A stretch of 64,000 bases of DNA from Patescibacteria group bacterium (GTDB lineage: Bacteria; Patescibacteriota; Microgenomatia; Levybacterales; UBA12049): contig JAMCZC010000002.1 of assembly GCA_023485865.1 (NCBI GenBank), positions 1,000 through 64,999 of the forward strand. Reading direction: 5' to 3'. The position numbers and the translations under genes are program-made. The notes under the pieces are model-generated. The model saw only the letters and a program-made list of their open reading frames with translations, did not search any database and was not told the origin of the DNA. This document shows positions 38,900 to 48,138 of the stretch, in pieces (the first letter of the stretch is position 1; every line of letters begins with the position of its first letter).

Positions 38900-41272
38900 A
38901 TGTTTTTACGAACTTTTTCTCTGGACAATTTGATGTCTCTTTTTATTTCCTTATTGATTGGTCTTTTTATTGCGGCCATTTTAGTTTTGCTTTTGGTTTT
39001 GCTGTCTTATGTTTTTGTTCTTTGGTATAGAAATAGAGACAGAGAAAGGCAGTCTTTAGAATCGACTCTTTTACAAGTTACTCTTCCCAGGGACAACGAG
39101 ATAAAAATCGATGCGGCAGAGCAGCTTTTTTCAAGTTTTGGCTCAATGAGAAAAGGCGGAAGGCTGTCTTTTTTAAAGCTTCAGCCCCATTTGTCTTTTG
39201 AAATTGTCGGAATGCCGGGAGATATCCGTTTTTACGTTAACACCCCTAATAAATTTAAAGATTTAGTTGAAAAACAAATAAACGGAGCATATCCTGATGC
39301 GGAGATTAAGGTAGTCGATGAAAAATCCCAGAAGCCGGGTTATGTCTTAGGCAACGAATATAATATTTTTGCCGACAATGCCAAGGTTGCTTTTGCAAGC
39401 CTTAGACTCAAAAGTTCAAACTACGCACCGATAAAAGTATTTAAGGATTTGCCAACAGACCCCCTGTCTTCAATTACTTCAGTTCTGGCAAAAATGACTT
39501 TGGGGGAGGGAGCGGCAATTCAGGTCTTAATCAGTCCTGCCGATTCAAAATGGAAAAAAATGGGAAGAAAGTACATTGCCAGAACAAAAAAGAACGAGTC
39601 AAATCCCGAGACGGCAAAGTATTCGGCAGATCCAAAAGAGCTTGAGGGAATAGAAAATAAAATAGGCAAACCCGGGTTTAATACGGTTGTAAGAATTGTT
39701 GTTTCTTCAAGCTCCGTGGAGGCTGCTTCTGCGCATCTTGGTAATATAACCAGTGCCTTTTCCCAATTTGACGGGGCAAATTCATTCACTAAAAACAAGC
39801 ATCGGTTTAAAGGAATGTTTATGACAGATTTTATCTATAGATTTTTGCCGATGAGAGGGCAAACGTCGGTTTTAACCAGCGAAGAATTGGCAACAATTTT
39901 TCATTTCCCAAATAAAAGTGTTTCAACGCCTCATATCTTTTGGATTTCCTCCAAAAGAGCACCTGCTCCGGCTCAAATTCCGGACAGCGGTTTATACCTT
40001 GGAATGAGTACTTTTAGAGGCTTGAGCAGGCCTGTTTATATGCAAAGAGATGACAGAAGAAGGCATATGTATGTAATTGGAAAAACCGGTGTCGGAAAAT
40101 CGGAATTTCTAAAAGATATGATTTTGCAGGATATTAAAAACGGGGAAGGGGTTTGTTTTATAGACCCTCACGACACAATAGACAAACTGTTGCCGCTTAT
40201 TCCGCCCGAGCGAGCCGAAGACGTAATCCTTTTTGACCCTTCGGATACCGACAGGCCGATGGGTTTGAATATGCTTGAGGCAAATACCGAATCGGAAAAA
40301 CATTACGTTGTCTCATCAATTGTCGGTCTTATGTACAAACTTTACGATCCCAATAAAACAGGTATTATCGGGCCTCGTTTTGAACACGCAATAAGAAACG
40401 CAATGTTAACCGTAATGTATGAAAAAGGCAGTACTTTTGTCGAGGTTGTAAGAGCTTTGACAGACGCAACTTTTGTCCAGGAGCTTTTGCCAAAAGTTCA
40501 GGACCCTATTATCAGACGTTATTGGACAGACCAGATTGCCCAGACTTCAGACTTTCACAAATCCGAAGTTTTAGATTACATTGTTTCCAAATTCGGCCGT
40601 TTTGTTACCAATAAAATGATGAGAAACATTATCGGCCAATCTTCCTCGGCTTTTGATTTTAGAAAAGTTATGGATGAGGGAAAAATTCTTTTAGTTTCTC
40701 TTTCTAAAGGGAAAATAGGAGAGGAAAATGCCAGCTTTTTAGGCTTAATTCTGGTCCCTAAAATTTTGGTGGCCGCAATGAGCAGGCAAGATATCCCTGA
40801 AGAACAAAGACGGGATTTCTTTCTGTATGTTGACGAGTTCCAAAACTTCGCCACTCCCGATTTTGCCCAAATATTGTCGGAGGCAAGAAAATACAGGCTT
40901 GATTTAATTGTTGCCAATCAGTTTATCGGGCAAATGGACGAAGAGGTTAAGAACGCAATTTTTGGCAATGTCGGAACGCTTGTTTCTTTTAGGGTAGGAG
41001 TAACGGATGCAAATTATCTTGCGCATGAATTCCAGCCGACTTTTACGGAAGCCGATTTAATCAATGTAGACGTCTACAATACTTATGTTAAAACAATAGT
41101 GCATAATGAACCGGTTACGCCTTTTTCTATGGATTTAACCCGTGATATGAGTAAAGAAAAAGATCTTGCCAATCCAAGAGTGGCAGAGTTAATAAGAGAG
41201 CTTTCAAGGCTAAAATTCGGTAAAGATGTCCGAACGATAGAAGGAGAAATTGCCCAAAGAGCCAGGCTCTAA
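38900..41272 (+). CDS. Type IV secretion/coupling-protein-like ATPase (VirB4/VirD4/HerA superfamily)
   Basis: N-terminal TM; HMYVIGKTGVGKS, IDPH, YVDEFQNF, SEARKYRL, ANQF. Confidence 0.88.
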   Translation: MFLRTFSLDNLMSLFISLLIGLFIAAILVLLLVLLSYVFVLWYRNRDRERQSLESTLLQVTLPRDNEIKIDAAEQLFSSFGSMRKGGRLSFLKLQPHLSFEIVGMPGDIRFYVNTPNKFKDLVEKQINGAYPDAEIKVVDEKSQKPGYVLGNEYNIFADNAKVAFASLRLKSSNYAPIKVFKDLPTDPLSSITSVLAKMTLGEGAAIQVLISPADSKWKKMGRKYIARTKKNESNPETAKYSADPKELEGIENKIGKPGFNTVVRIVVSSSSVEAASAHLGNITSAFSQFDGANSFTKNKHRFKGMFMTDFIYRFLPMRGQTSVLTSEELATIFHFPNKSVSTPHIFWISSKRAPAPAQIPDSGLYLGMSTFRGLSRPVYMQRDDRRRHMYVIGKTGVGKSEFLKDMILQDIKNGEGVCFIDPHDTIDKLLPLIPPERAEDVILFDPSDTDRPMGLNMLEANTESEKHYVVSSIVGLMYKLYDPNKTGIIGPRFEHAIRNAMLTVMYEKGSTFVEVVRALTDATFVQELLPKVQDPIIRRYWTDQIAQTSDFHKSEVLDYIVSKFGRFVTNKMMRNIIGQSSSAFDFRKVMDEGKILLVSLSKGKIGEENASFLGLILVPKILVAAMSRQDIPEEQRRDFFLYVDEFQNFATPDFAQILSEARKYRLDLIVANQFIGQMDEEVKNAIFGNVGTLVSFRVGVTDANYLAHEFQPTFTEADLINVDVYNTYVKTIVHNEPVTPFSMDLTRDMSKEKDLANPRVAELIRELSRLKFGKDVRTIEGEIAQRARL

Positions 41273-41358
41273 AATGATTAATGATTAAGGATTAAAGAAA
41301 TTTAAATTCCTCGATTATTCTTGCCTAATTAAGAGCCATTTGTTAAAATCGTTTTGTT

Positions 41359-41431
41359 GGAGCTGTAGTTCATCGGTCAGAACGCGACTCTTATAAAGTC
41401 GATGCAGATGGTTCAACTCCATCCAGCTCCA
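41359..41431 (+). tRNA. tRNA-Ile(TAT)
   Basis: Acceptor GGAGCTG/CAGCTCC, A73, arm CGACT-CTTATAA-AGTCG, T-arm GATGG-TTCAACT-CCATC. Confidence 0.88.
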
Positions 41432-41501
41432 CAAGCAGATGTTCTTGCCTGCCCTTCCGAAGTTTTAACGAAGGAGGGGTTCGAACCCAAGCAGACGCAC
41501 C
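41432..41501 (+). pseudogene. Possible 3'-half tRNA remnant (Val-like) split by a REP-like palindrome
   Basis: ACAAGCAGATGTT-CTTG[insert]G-TTCGAAC-CCAAG-CAGACGC-ACC. Confidence 0.45.
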
Positions 41502-41523
41502 GCGTCAAACGCTGCTTCGCCTA

Positions 41524-42390
41524 TTAGAGTTCGGTAAGCGCGGCGCCTTCTTTGCTTTTTCCAACCTCTCCGACGTATTGAAGATATCTTTCGGTTGTTG
41601 AAAGTCTTTTGTGTCCTAAAACTTTGGACAAAACAATTAATGAAACGCCGTGTTTTAAGTGGTGGGCGACAAAAGTGTGCCTCAAATCGTTAACTTTCGC
41701 TTCTCTTATTTCTGCTAAGCGGAAATATCTTTCAACAGCCGTTCTAATATTTCTTATCAAAAACGGCTTGCCGGATTTTGTTATGAACAAATGGTCCTCT
41801 TTAACGCTTGGCCGAATATTCATGTACCTAGTTAAAGCTTCCCTGGCGCTTTTATTAAGGGGAACAATTCTGTCTTCATGCTTTTCAAAAGGAGCTATGT
41901 GCAGGCTGTCTTTGGTAACATCCGAAAGTCTTAAGTTTGAAAGCTCGCCGATTCTAATCCCCGTTTGTAAAAGAAGCTCTATAATTGCAAACATTCTCGG
42001 GTCGTTTTTTGCGGCGTCTCTTAATGCCCTATATTCTGTTGGGGTTAAGATTCGCGGGGGCGCCAGCTGATATTTGGGGTGGGATACCAAAAGGGAGGGG
42101 TCATCCGTAACGTATTCGTTTACTTTTAAAAATCGATAAAAGGTTCTGGTTGAATTTATTTTTCTTGAAATTGATTTAGGTGTATAGTTATCCTTGCTCA
42201 TTTTGGCTAGAAAAGCTTCGATGTCTTCCTTAGATACCTCGTGGACCTCGTTTCTTTGCAGTTCTTCCAGGAACGAAAGTAATTGGTCAATATCTTTTCC
42301 GTACGCAATTACGGTGGAGTTTGATTTATTATTTTCCTTTAAATATTTTTTAAATTCTTCGTGGGCATCGCGAAGCTTAATCGGCTTCAT
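41524..42390 (-). CDS. Tyrosine recombinase, XerC/XerD-like
   Basis: SAM-like N-domain, TGIRIGE, NDLRHTF, LGH, TTERY. Confidence 0.88.
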   Translation of the reverse strand: MKPIKLRDAHEEFKKYLKENNKSNSTVIAYGKDIDQLLSFLEELQRNEVHEVSKEDIEAFLAKMSKDNYTPKSISRKINSTRTFYRFLKVNEYVTDDPSLLVSHPKYQLAPPRILTPTEYRALRDAAKNDPRMFAIIELLLQTGIRIGELSNLRLSDVTKDSLHIAPFEKHEDRIVPLNKSAREALTRYMNIRPSVKEDHLFITKSGKPFLIRNIRTAVERYFRLAEIREAKVNDLRHTFVAHHLKHGVSLIVLSKVLGHKRLSTTERYLQYVGEVGKSKEGAALTEL

Positions 42391-42522
42391 ATTTCAATTC
42401 CTTCAATATTCCCTTGAGCTTGTCGACGGGTCATAGTGTCCTATAATATCACTAATTTGGGTTATAGTCAAGGCCAAGAATTTAGGAATCTTTGAAATGT
42501 GCTAGTATGTTTAAAGATAAAT

Positions 42523-42858
42523 ATGCTAAAAAAAGCCATCTTTATAGTTGTTGTAATCGTTCTTTTGGTTATTATTAATAACCTTGTGCGTTCCATTTAT
42601 GATATTTGGAGTAAGCAAGACTTATTAAATCAGGCTCAAAAAGAATTAACCAGGGAAGAGCAGAAAAACCAAAAACTAAAAGCGGAATTGTCTTTCGTCC
42701 AAACTCCTAAATTTATCGAAGAAGAGGCAAGGAATAAGCTGTTTTTAGTAAAACCGGGAGAACAGCAAGTGTTAATACCAAATAAATCTACGGAAAGCTC
42801 AAAAAAGCAGGAGGTTCAAATCCCTAATTGGCAAAAATGGCTCAATTTGTTCTTTTAA
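42523..42858 (+). CDS. Septum formation initiator (FtsB/DivIC family)
   Basis: TM, coiled coil, FIEEEARNKLFLVKPGE. Confidence 0.85.
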   Translation: MLKKAIFIVVVIVLLVIINNLVRSIYDIWSKQDLLNQAQKELTREEQKNQKLKAELSFVQTPKFIEEEARNKLFLVKPGEQQVLIPNKSTESSKKQEVQIPNWQKWLNLFF

Positions 42859-43849
42859 CCGGTCCGACAGGGAAGATTTCAACTCGCTCCGCATCTGCCG
42901 GTTTAGGTTTTTTATTCTCAGGATGAACTTTCTGCCAAATACCCCTAAGCTTAGCATGGATTTTAAGAAAGGGAACAGCAAATGAGGCCTCATCTATTTT
43001 GCCGTTAAGTTTGTACACGTCAAATGGGAGATTCATGCCTAAGACGGTCCACACATGTCCTTTGTCTGTTCTGGTTTCTCTATTTTTTTGTTCCAGCACA
43101 TTGTAATCAAAGCCAGGCATATTGATAACTAATTTTTTTAATAATTCATAGGGTGGATACAAAAGTCCAAATCTGGAAAATTTCCATCTTCTGTAGAGAT
43201 GCGCATAATGATTGTGTTCGTGTTCGACATAAACAGGCTCTTGGTATACTACTCCGGTTGGGTGGGTTTTTATTCTTACATAATCTCTGCTGAATTTATG
43301 AGCGCCTTTTTCTTTTATAATGTCTTCAACAGATTTAAATTCAACGCCTTCCTTTCCCGGAGTTCTGCGAAGAAATGAGAGGAAGCCTTTTAAATAACCC
43401 ATTATTGATTTAGGATTGTGGTTTATCCCATCCGGATGGTTAAATAACCATTTAATTGTTCTAAAATGTGTTCCGTGCGCAATATCTATCGTTTTTATAG
43501 ATTCAGATGGTAGGGCGGCTTGAACCTCCCCCAAGGTGCTATATGCGTCTCCTTGTCTAACTATTGCTTCAGGCGGTACTTCGCGAGATTTAATATCGCT
43601 TGCCATGCTCTCGCCTTCGTTTTGATTTTGCGGCCCCCATAAGTGGCCTAACGGCAACACTATCTGCGGGGGTTTTTCGTCTCTTGCAATAGCTTGATCC
43701 GCCTGAGCTTGGTTTTCTAAAGCGGTTGCTAAATCTACAAGTCGGGTCATTAGACCTATTCCGGTTATATGTTCGCTGGGCCAATAACCGTGAGATAATA
43801 TTTTTACTCGCACTGATTCCTTGTGTTGAGTGGGTGCTTCTACTGTCAT
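42842..43849 (-). CDS. Hypothetical protein
   Basis: 335-aa ORF with TATAAT 8 nt before ATG. Confidence 0.65.
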   Translation of the reverse strand: MTVEAPTQHKESVRVKILSHGYWPSEHITGIGLMTRLVDLATALENQAQADQAIARDEKPPQIVLPLGHLWGPQNQNEGESMASDIKSREVPPEAIVRQGDAYSTLGEVQAALPSESIKTIDIAHGTHFRTIKWLFNHPDGINHNPKSIMGYLKGFLSFLRRTPGKEGVEFKSVEDIIKEKGAHKFSRDYVRIKTHPTGVVYQEPVYVEHEHNHYAHLYRRWKFSRFGLLYPPYELLKKLVINMPGFDYNVLEQKNRETRTDKGHVWTVLGMNLPFDVYKLNGKIDEASFAVPFLKIHAKLRGIWQKVHPENKKPKPADAERVEIFPVGPVKRTN

Positions 43850-43891
43850 AGGGGGGAATTATAGCGCTGGAGTTACTATAAGTCAAATTAG

Positions 43892-43964
43892 TACCAGGGG
43901 CGAGGATCGAACTCGCGACCACCGGGATATGAATCCGGCGCTACTACCACTGAGCTACCCTGGC
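43892..43964 (-). tRNA. tRNA-Met(CAT), probably elongator
   Basis: Reverse complement GCCAGGG...CCGGA-TTCATAT-CCCGG...GTTCGAT...CCCTGGTA. Confidence 0.88.
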
Positions 43965-44026
43965 TTCAAAAACTATTTTATCATCTGCTTTAATTGAAAG
44001 CAATTTTATGCTACAATACACAAACA

Positions 44027-44287
44027 CGCGGGGTAGTGTACAGTGCACGTGAGGCTTAACATAATGGGCCGTTTTGATAGTAATAACAAAACAGTATTCA
44101 GCTATATCGGTGAACTCCTAAAATTTTAGGACAATACCGAGGGAAGACTCGCCTAGGCGAGAACCCGTAGAGACTACACGCTGGGCCCCCCGATTAAATC
44201 GGGGGTGAAGATATAGTCCGACACTTCAAGTAATTGAAGAAACAGATGCATAATCTCACAGGCTAGGCGCAACTCCTAGCCCCGCAA
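44027..44287 (+). tRNA. tRNA-fMet(CAT) interrupted by a group I intron (exons 44027-44056 and 44249-44287)
   Basis: C1:A72 mismatch (CGCGGGG/CCCCGCA); spliced anticodon arm TGAGG-CT^CATAA-TCTCA. Confidence 0.85.
44057..44248 (+). ncRNA. Group I intron, 192 nt, IC3-like, no ORF
   Basis: U33 splice site with GGCC guide, P7 strands AGAGACTA and GATATAGTC, P3 CAGC/GCTG, terminal G at 44248. Confidence 0.88.
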
Positions 44288-44371
44288 CACTTCGACTCAC
44301 TTACGTTCACTCAGTGTAAGCACTTTAAGAATGAAAAGAATGAAGTGAGTTTTTATTGTATAATTGGGCGT

Positions 44372-45724
44372 ATGGATTTTAAAAATTCCAGATCTGCCTT
44401 TGGCGGAAAGAAAATTGCAGTGATAGGGGAAGGTCTGGAGGGCATATCGAGCGCTAAGTATTTAAAAAAGCACGGCGCTGATGTTAATATCTTAGACCAA
44501 AAGCAAGGAAAGGACTACCTAGAAAATTTAGATAAATACGATTTAATTGTCAGAAGCCCGGGTGTCAAGATTTCTGATTTAGAAAAGTATGTTCCTAAAG
44601 GGAAAATTACTTCTCAAACAAGAATTTTTATGGAGCTTTGTCCTTGTAAAATAATCGGAGTAACGGGAACAAAAGGAAAAGGAACCACATCCTCTTTAAT
44701 CTACGAAATGCTTAAAAAACAATCCTCCTTCGCCAAGGCTTCAGGGGATAGGGGCTTTGATGTGTATTTAGGTGGTAATATTGGTAAGCCTCCATTAGAG
44801 TTTTTGGATAAATTAAATGTTCAATCGATAGTTGTCCTGGAGTTATCTAGTTTTCAGCTTTTAGACCTTACCCAAAGTCCTCATATTGCCGTAATGCTTA
44901 TGACAACCAGCGAACATCTTGATTACCATCAAGATGTTGATGAGTATGTTGATGCGAAACGAAACATTTTAAAATTTCAAACCGAAAATGACTTTGCTAT
45001 CGTTAACAGAGATTATCCTGCCAGTAACGAATCGGATATTCATACAAACGGTAAAGTATTTTATGTAAGCACAGAAAGAAATGGATACGAGGGATGTTCT
45101 GTGAAAAAGAATGCAGTTTTTCTAAAACTAAACGGAAAAGAAGAGAGGGTTATTGACGCTTCGCAAATTCTTTTGCCCGGGAAACACAATCTGGAAAATG
45201 TCTGCGCAGCTTCTATGGCTGCATATTTGGCTGGGGTTTCGGTTCAAAATATTGCCTATGTTCTAAAAACTTTTAAAGGCCTTGAGCATAGGCTGGAACT
45301 TGTTGCGGAAGTTAACGGCGTTAAATATTATGATGATTCTTTTTCAACAATTCCAGAGACAACAATAGCAGCTATAAATGCTTTTAAAAATCCGGAGATT
45401 TTAATTCTTGGAGGATCAAGCAAAAGCAGTAATTTTAAAGAATTAGGAGAGGTTATTGCAAAAGCGGAAAATATAAAAGCAATAATAGGCATTGGGGTTG
45501 AATGGGGAAAAATAAAATCAAAAATCAAAAATCAAAAATCAAAAATCCTTTTAGTTGAAGGAGCAGATAGTATGGAAAAAATAGTCAAAGCAGCTTCAAA
45601 AATCGCCTTGCCGGGAGACTTAGTTTTGTTAACACCTGCCTGCGCCTCTTTTGATATGTTTAAAAACTATAAAGACAGAGGAAGCCAGTTTAAGTCGGAA
45701 GTTTTAAAACTTAAAACTCCCTAA
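44372..45724 (+). CDS. murD: UDP-N-acetylmuramoyl-L-alanine--D-glutamate ligase
   Basis: RSPG, GVTGTKGKGTT, GGNIG, ELSSFQL, HLDYH, PACASFDMF. Confidence 0.96.
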   Translation: MDFKNSRSAFGGKKIAVIGEGLEGISSAKYLKKHGADVNILDQKQGKDYLENLDKYDLIVRSPGVKISDLEKYVPKGKITSQTRIFMELCPCKIIGVTGTKGKGTTSSLIYEMLKKQSSFAKASGDRGFDVYLGGNIGKPPLEFLDKLNVQSIVVLELSSFQLLDLTQSPHIAVMLMTTSEHLDYHQDVDEYVDAKRNILKFQTENDFAIVNRDYPASNESDIHTNGKVFYVSTERNGYEGCSVKKNAVFLKLNGKEERVIDASQILLPGKHNLENVCAASMAAYLAGVSVQNIAYVLKTFKGLEHRLELVAEVNGVKYYDDSFSTIPETTIAAINAFKNPEILILGGSSKSSNFKELGEVIAKAENIKAIIGIGVEWGKIKSKIKNQKSKILLVEGADSMEKIVKAASKIALPGDLVLLTPACASFDMFKNYKDRGSQFKSEVLKLKTP

Positions 45725-45846
45725 ATTTTCAATTTCAAATTTTTAATTTTTAATGAATTTCCAATGACCCAATTTTAAAATTAAAGAATTTAAATATATT
45801 TAATCTGTGTTTTTAATATTTAATTTTTGATATTTAATATTGAATT

Positions 45847-47082
45847 ATGAGGCCGACTTTCAAAATAATCAAAAAAGACAAGAAATCAAAAGCCAGAGCT
45901 GGTATTATCAAAACCCCCCATGGTGAGATCGAAACGCCGATTTTTATTCCGGTCGGGACCCAAGGGACGGTAAAAGCAGTTTCACCGCGTGACCTAAAAG
46001 AAATGGGGGCGCAAATAGTTTTGGCAAATACCTATCATTTACACTTAAGGCCGGGAGAAGACCTTATTCAAAAGTTCGGAGGTTTGGCAAAGTTCATGGG
46101 GTGGGAAGACGGTCCCCACTTCGCCAAGACTTCGAGGGGCAGGCCGACGATGACAGACTCCGGAGGTTTTCAGGTTTTTTCTTTAGGGGTAGGAAAGATG
46201 GGCGGAGGGGTGAAATTCCTCAAAGAGGAAATATCAAATTTAAAATATCAAATTTCAAATATAGAAGAGGCAAGGCCAAGACTTAATAAAATTACTGAAG
46301 AAGGGGTGACTTTTCAGTCGCATATTGACGGGTCAAGCCATAAACTGACTCCGGAAAGCTCAATCAAAATTCAGGAAAAGCTCGGAGCCGATTTAATTGT
46401 TGCTTTTGACGATTTGGAGTCGCCCAAATACTCTTTTGAAGAAACAAAAAAATCACTCGAACTTACAAACAGATGGGAGTTGCGTTCGAAAAAAGCTCAC
46501 AAAAGGAAAGATCAATTGCTGTACGGCGTAACTCACGGAGGGCCGTTTAGAGACTTAAGAGAACTTTCCGCCAAATTTGTTGACGAGAACTTTGACGCTA
46601 TTGGTATGGGCGGAGCACACTTGTCAAAGAAAAATTTATATGAGGTAGTTAGTTGGACAACGGATATTGTTTCGGATGAAAAGCCGAGGCATCTTTTGGG
46701 AATTGGAGAAGTTGATGATATTTTTGAAATTATTCAAAGGGGCGTTGATACTTTTGACTGCGTAATTCCAACAAGAATTGGAAGAACTGGATTTTTCTTT
46801 GTTTTCCCGCCCAAAGGCACAGTCAAAAACCGCTTTAGAACAGACATAGACAAGCCAAATTTTAGAACCGACCCAAAACCTTTGGATTTAAATTGCAAAT
46901 GTTATGCTTGTCAGAATTTCAGTAGAGCTTACATCCATCACTTATTTCGAAGCAAGGAACTATTGTCGTATCATCTTTTAAGCCTTCACAACGTCCGTTT
47001 TCTCATTAACCTTACAAAACAAATTAGGAAAGCGATTTTAGAAGATAAGTTTCAAAACCTAAAAAAAGACTGGATTGGTTGA
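45847..47082 (+). CDS. tgt: tRNA-guanine transglycosylase
   Basis: PVGTQGTVK, NTYHL, TDSGGFQVFSL, FDCVIPTR, CxCxxC, HN. Confidence 0.95.
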   Translation: MRPTFKIIKKDKKSKARAGIIKTPHGEIETPIFIPVGTQGTVKAVSPRDLKEMGAQIVLANTYHLHLRPGEDLIQKFGGLAKFMGWEDGPHFAKTSRGRPTMTDSGGFQVFSLGVGKMGGGVKFLKEEISNLKYQISNIEEARPRLNKITEEGVTFQSHIDGSSHKLTPESSIKIQEKLGADLIVAFDDLESPKYSFEETKKSLELTNRWELRSKKAHKRKDQLLYGVTHGGPFRDLRELSAKFVDENFDAIGMGGAHLSKKNLYEVVSWTTDIVSDEKPRHLLGIGEVDDIFEIIQRGVDTFDCVIPTRIGRTGFFFVFPPKGTVKNRFRTDIDKPNFRTDPKPLDLNCKCYACQNFSRAYIHHLFRSKELLSYHLLSLHNVRFLINLTKQIRKAILEDKFQNLKKDWIG

Positions 47083-47113
47083 TATTACAATATAGATTTG
47101 ATACTATTTGAGT

Positions 47114-47719
47114 ATGTCAGAGGCCAAAGATGTTTCAGGATCTTATTCAGAAACAGAAGCCCCTACCATAAAAAGATTTTCTAAAGAAGCACTTTCGGCG
47201 CTGGAAAGAAATGGTTTTTGGTTAGGAGAATTAACAGGACAAAGCATAGCAGGTTATGAAAAAGCAGGGAGAAGATTTTATACTAAAACAATTGATAGAT
47301 ACCCTGAGATTAAAGATTTGCTTTCAAGAGCCTCTGAGGTAGCAATAGGAGATCCTCTTAATAAACCATACGATTATATTCTTCCTGATTATAACTGGAA
47401 GAGTTTTAGTGATTATTTTGGGATGATTGATGAATATAATAAAGATTTGCAGGAAAAGATTCCGGACGTAGAGGCTGTAATAGGTGAAGCTCCGGATTAT
47501 GTTGAACTTCTTTGTTCTTTTAGGGATGAAACAGGATTAATACTACTTGATGGTTTGGCATATGCCGCAACAAAAACAAGAGTTGGTAAGAGTACAGTAT
47601 CTGTAGGTCATCAAGATTTTACACCTGATTATGAAATGATCATTCATGCGAATGAAATGCCGGCAGATTATAAATATTTTCTTTCTATGTATTGCGTGCC
47701 CCTTGTTTTTCCTAAGTAA
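47114..47719 (+). CDS. Hypothetical protein
   Basis: ORF from ATG 47114 (MSEAK). Confidence 0.65.
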   Translation: MSEAKDVSGSYSETEAPTIKRFSKEALSALERNGFWLGELTGQSIAGYEKAGRRFYTKTIDRYPEIKDLLSRASEVAIGDPLNKPYDYILPDYNWKSFSDYFGMIDEYNKDLQEKIPDVEAVIGEAPDYVELLCSFRDETGLILLDGLAYAATKTRVGKSTVSVGHQDFTPDYEMIIHANEMPADYKYFLSMYCVPLVFPK

Positions 47720-47761
47720 ATATTATTAATAAAATTTAACTTCTGTGATAATATAGAGGAA

Positions 47762-47818
47762 ATGAGTAAAGTTGTTTTTTCGGGGGTTCAGCTAAGCGAA
47801 ATCTTAAGAGTCAAATAA
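47762..47818 (+). pseudogene. 5' remnant of a canonical-type trpS (MSKVVFSGVQLS...)
   Basis: Resembles the TrpRS N-terminus FSGxQPSG; upstream GTGATAATATAG also precedes intact trpS. Confidence 0.6.
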
Positions 47819-47834
47819 ATGATATGCTAAAAAT

Positions 47835-47903
47835 ATGCCTATTGTTTTTTCGACCCACTCCAAAAATCAGCTCAAAAGGCGGCTAAAGAGAAAAATAATA
47901 TGA
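47835..47903 (+). pseudogene. Internally deleted DUF4258-like toxin remnant
   Basis: MPIVFSTHSKNQLKRR, then ATGA overlap with the DUF2283 gene. Confidence 0.55.
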
Positions 47904-48106
47904 AAGTTCAATACGCCCCTAAAATAGACGCAATTTATATAGAATTAGCAAAAGGAACATACAAAAATACACGTAAAGTTTCCGATGCTATCTTAGTGGA
48001 TGAAGATAAAAAGGGAAAAGTTTTGGGGATTGAAATTTTAGATGCGACAAAAAACGTTAACGCTTTTAATCCTAAAAATCCAAAACTTTTTATAAGCCCC
48101 CAATAA
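47900..48106 (+). CDS. DUF2283 domain protein (putative antitoxin)
   Basis: MKVQY...DAIYIEL...ILVD...GKVLGIEILDA. Confidence 0.88.
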   Translation: MKVQYAPKIDAIYIELAKGTYKNTRKVSDAILVDEDKKGKVLGIEILDATKNVNAFNPKNPKLFISPQ

Positions 48107-48138
48107 TCACAAAACTGCTATAATTGCCTCATAGGAAA

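Noticed and set aside
38900-42390. Integrative conjugative element (coupling ATPase, tRNA, integrase)
   Set aside because: No relaxase, no matching att pair seen, and both genes resemble conserved chromosomal CPR genes
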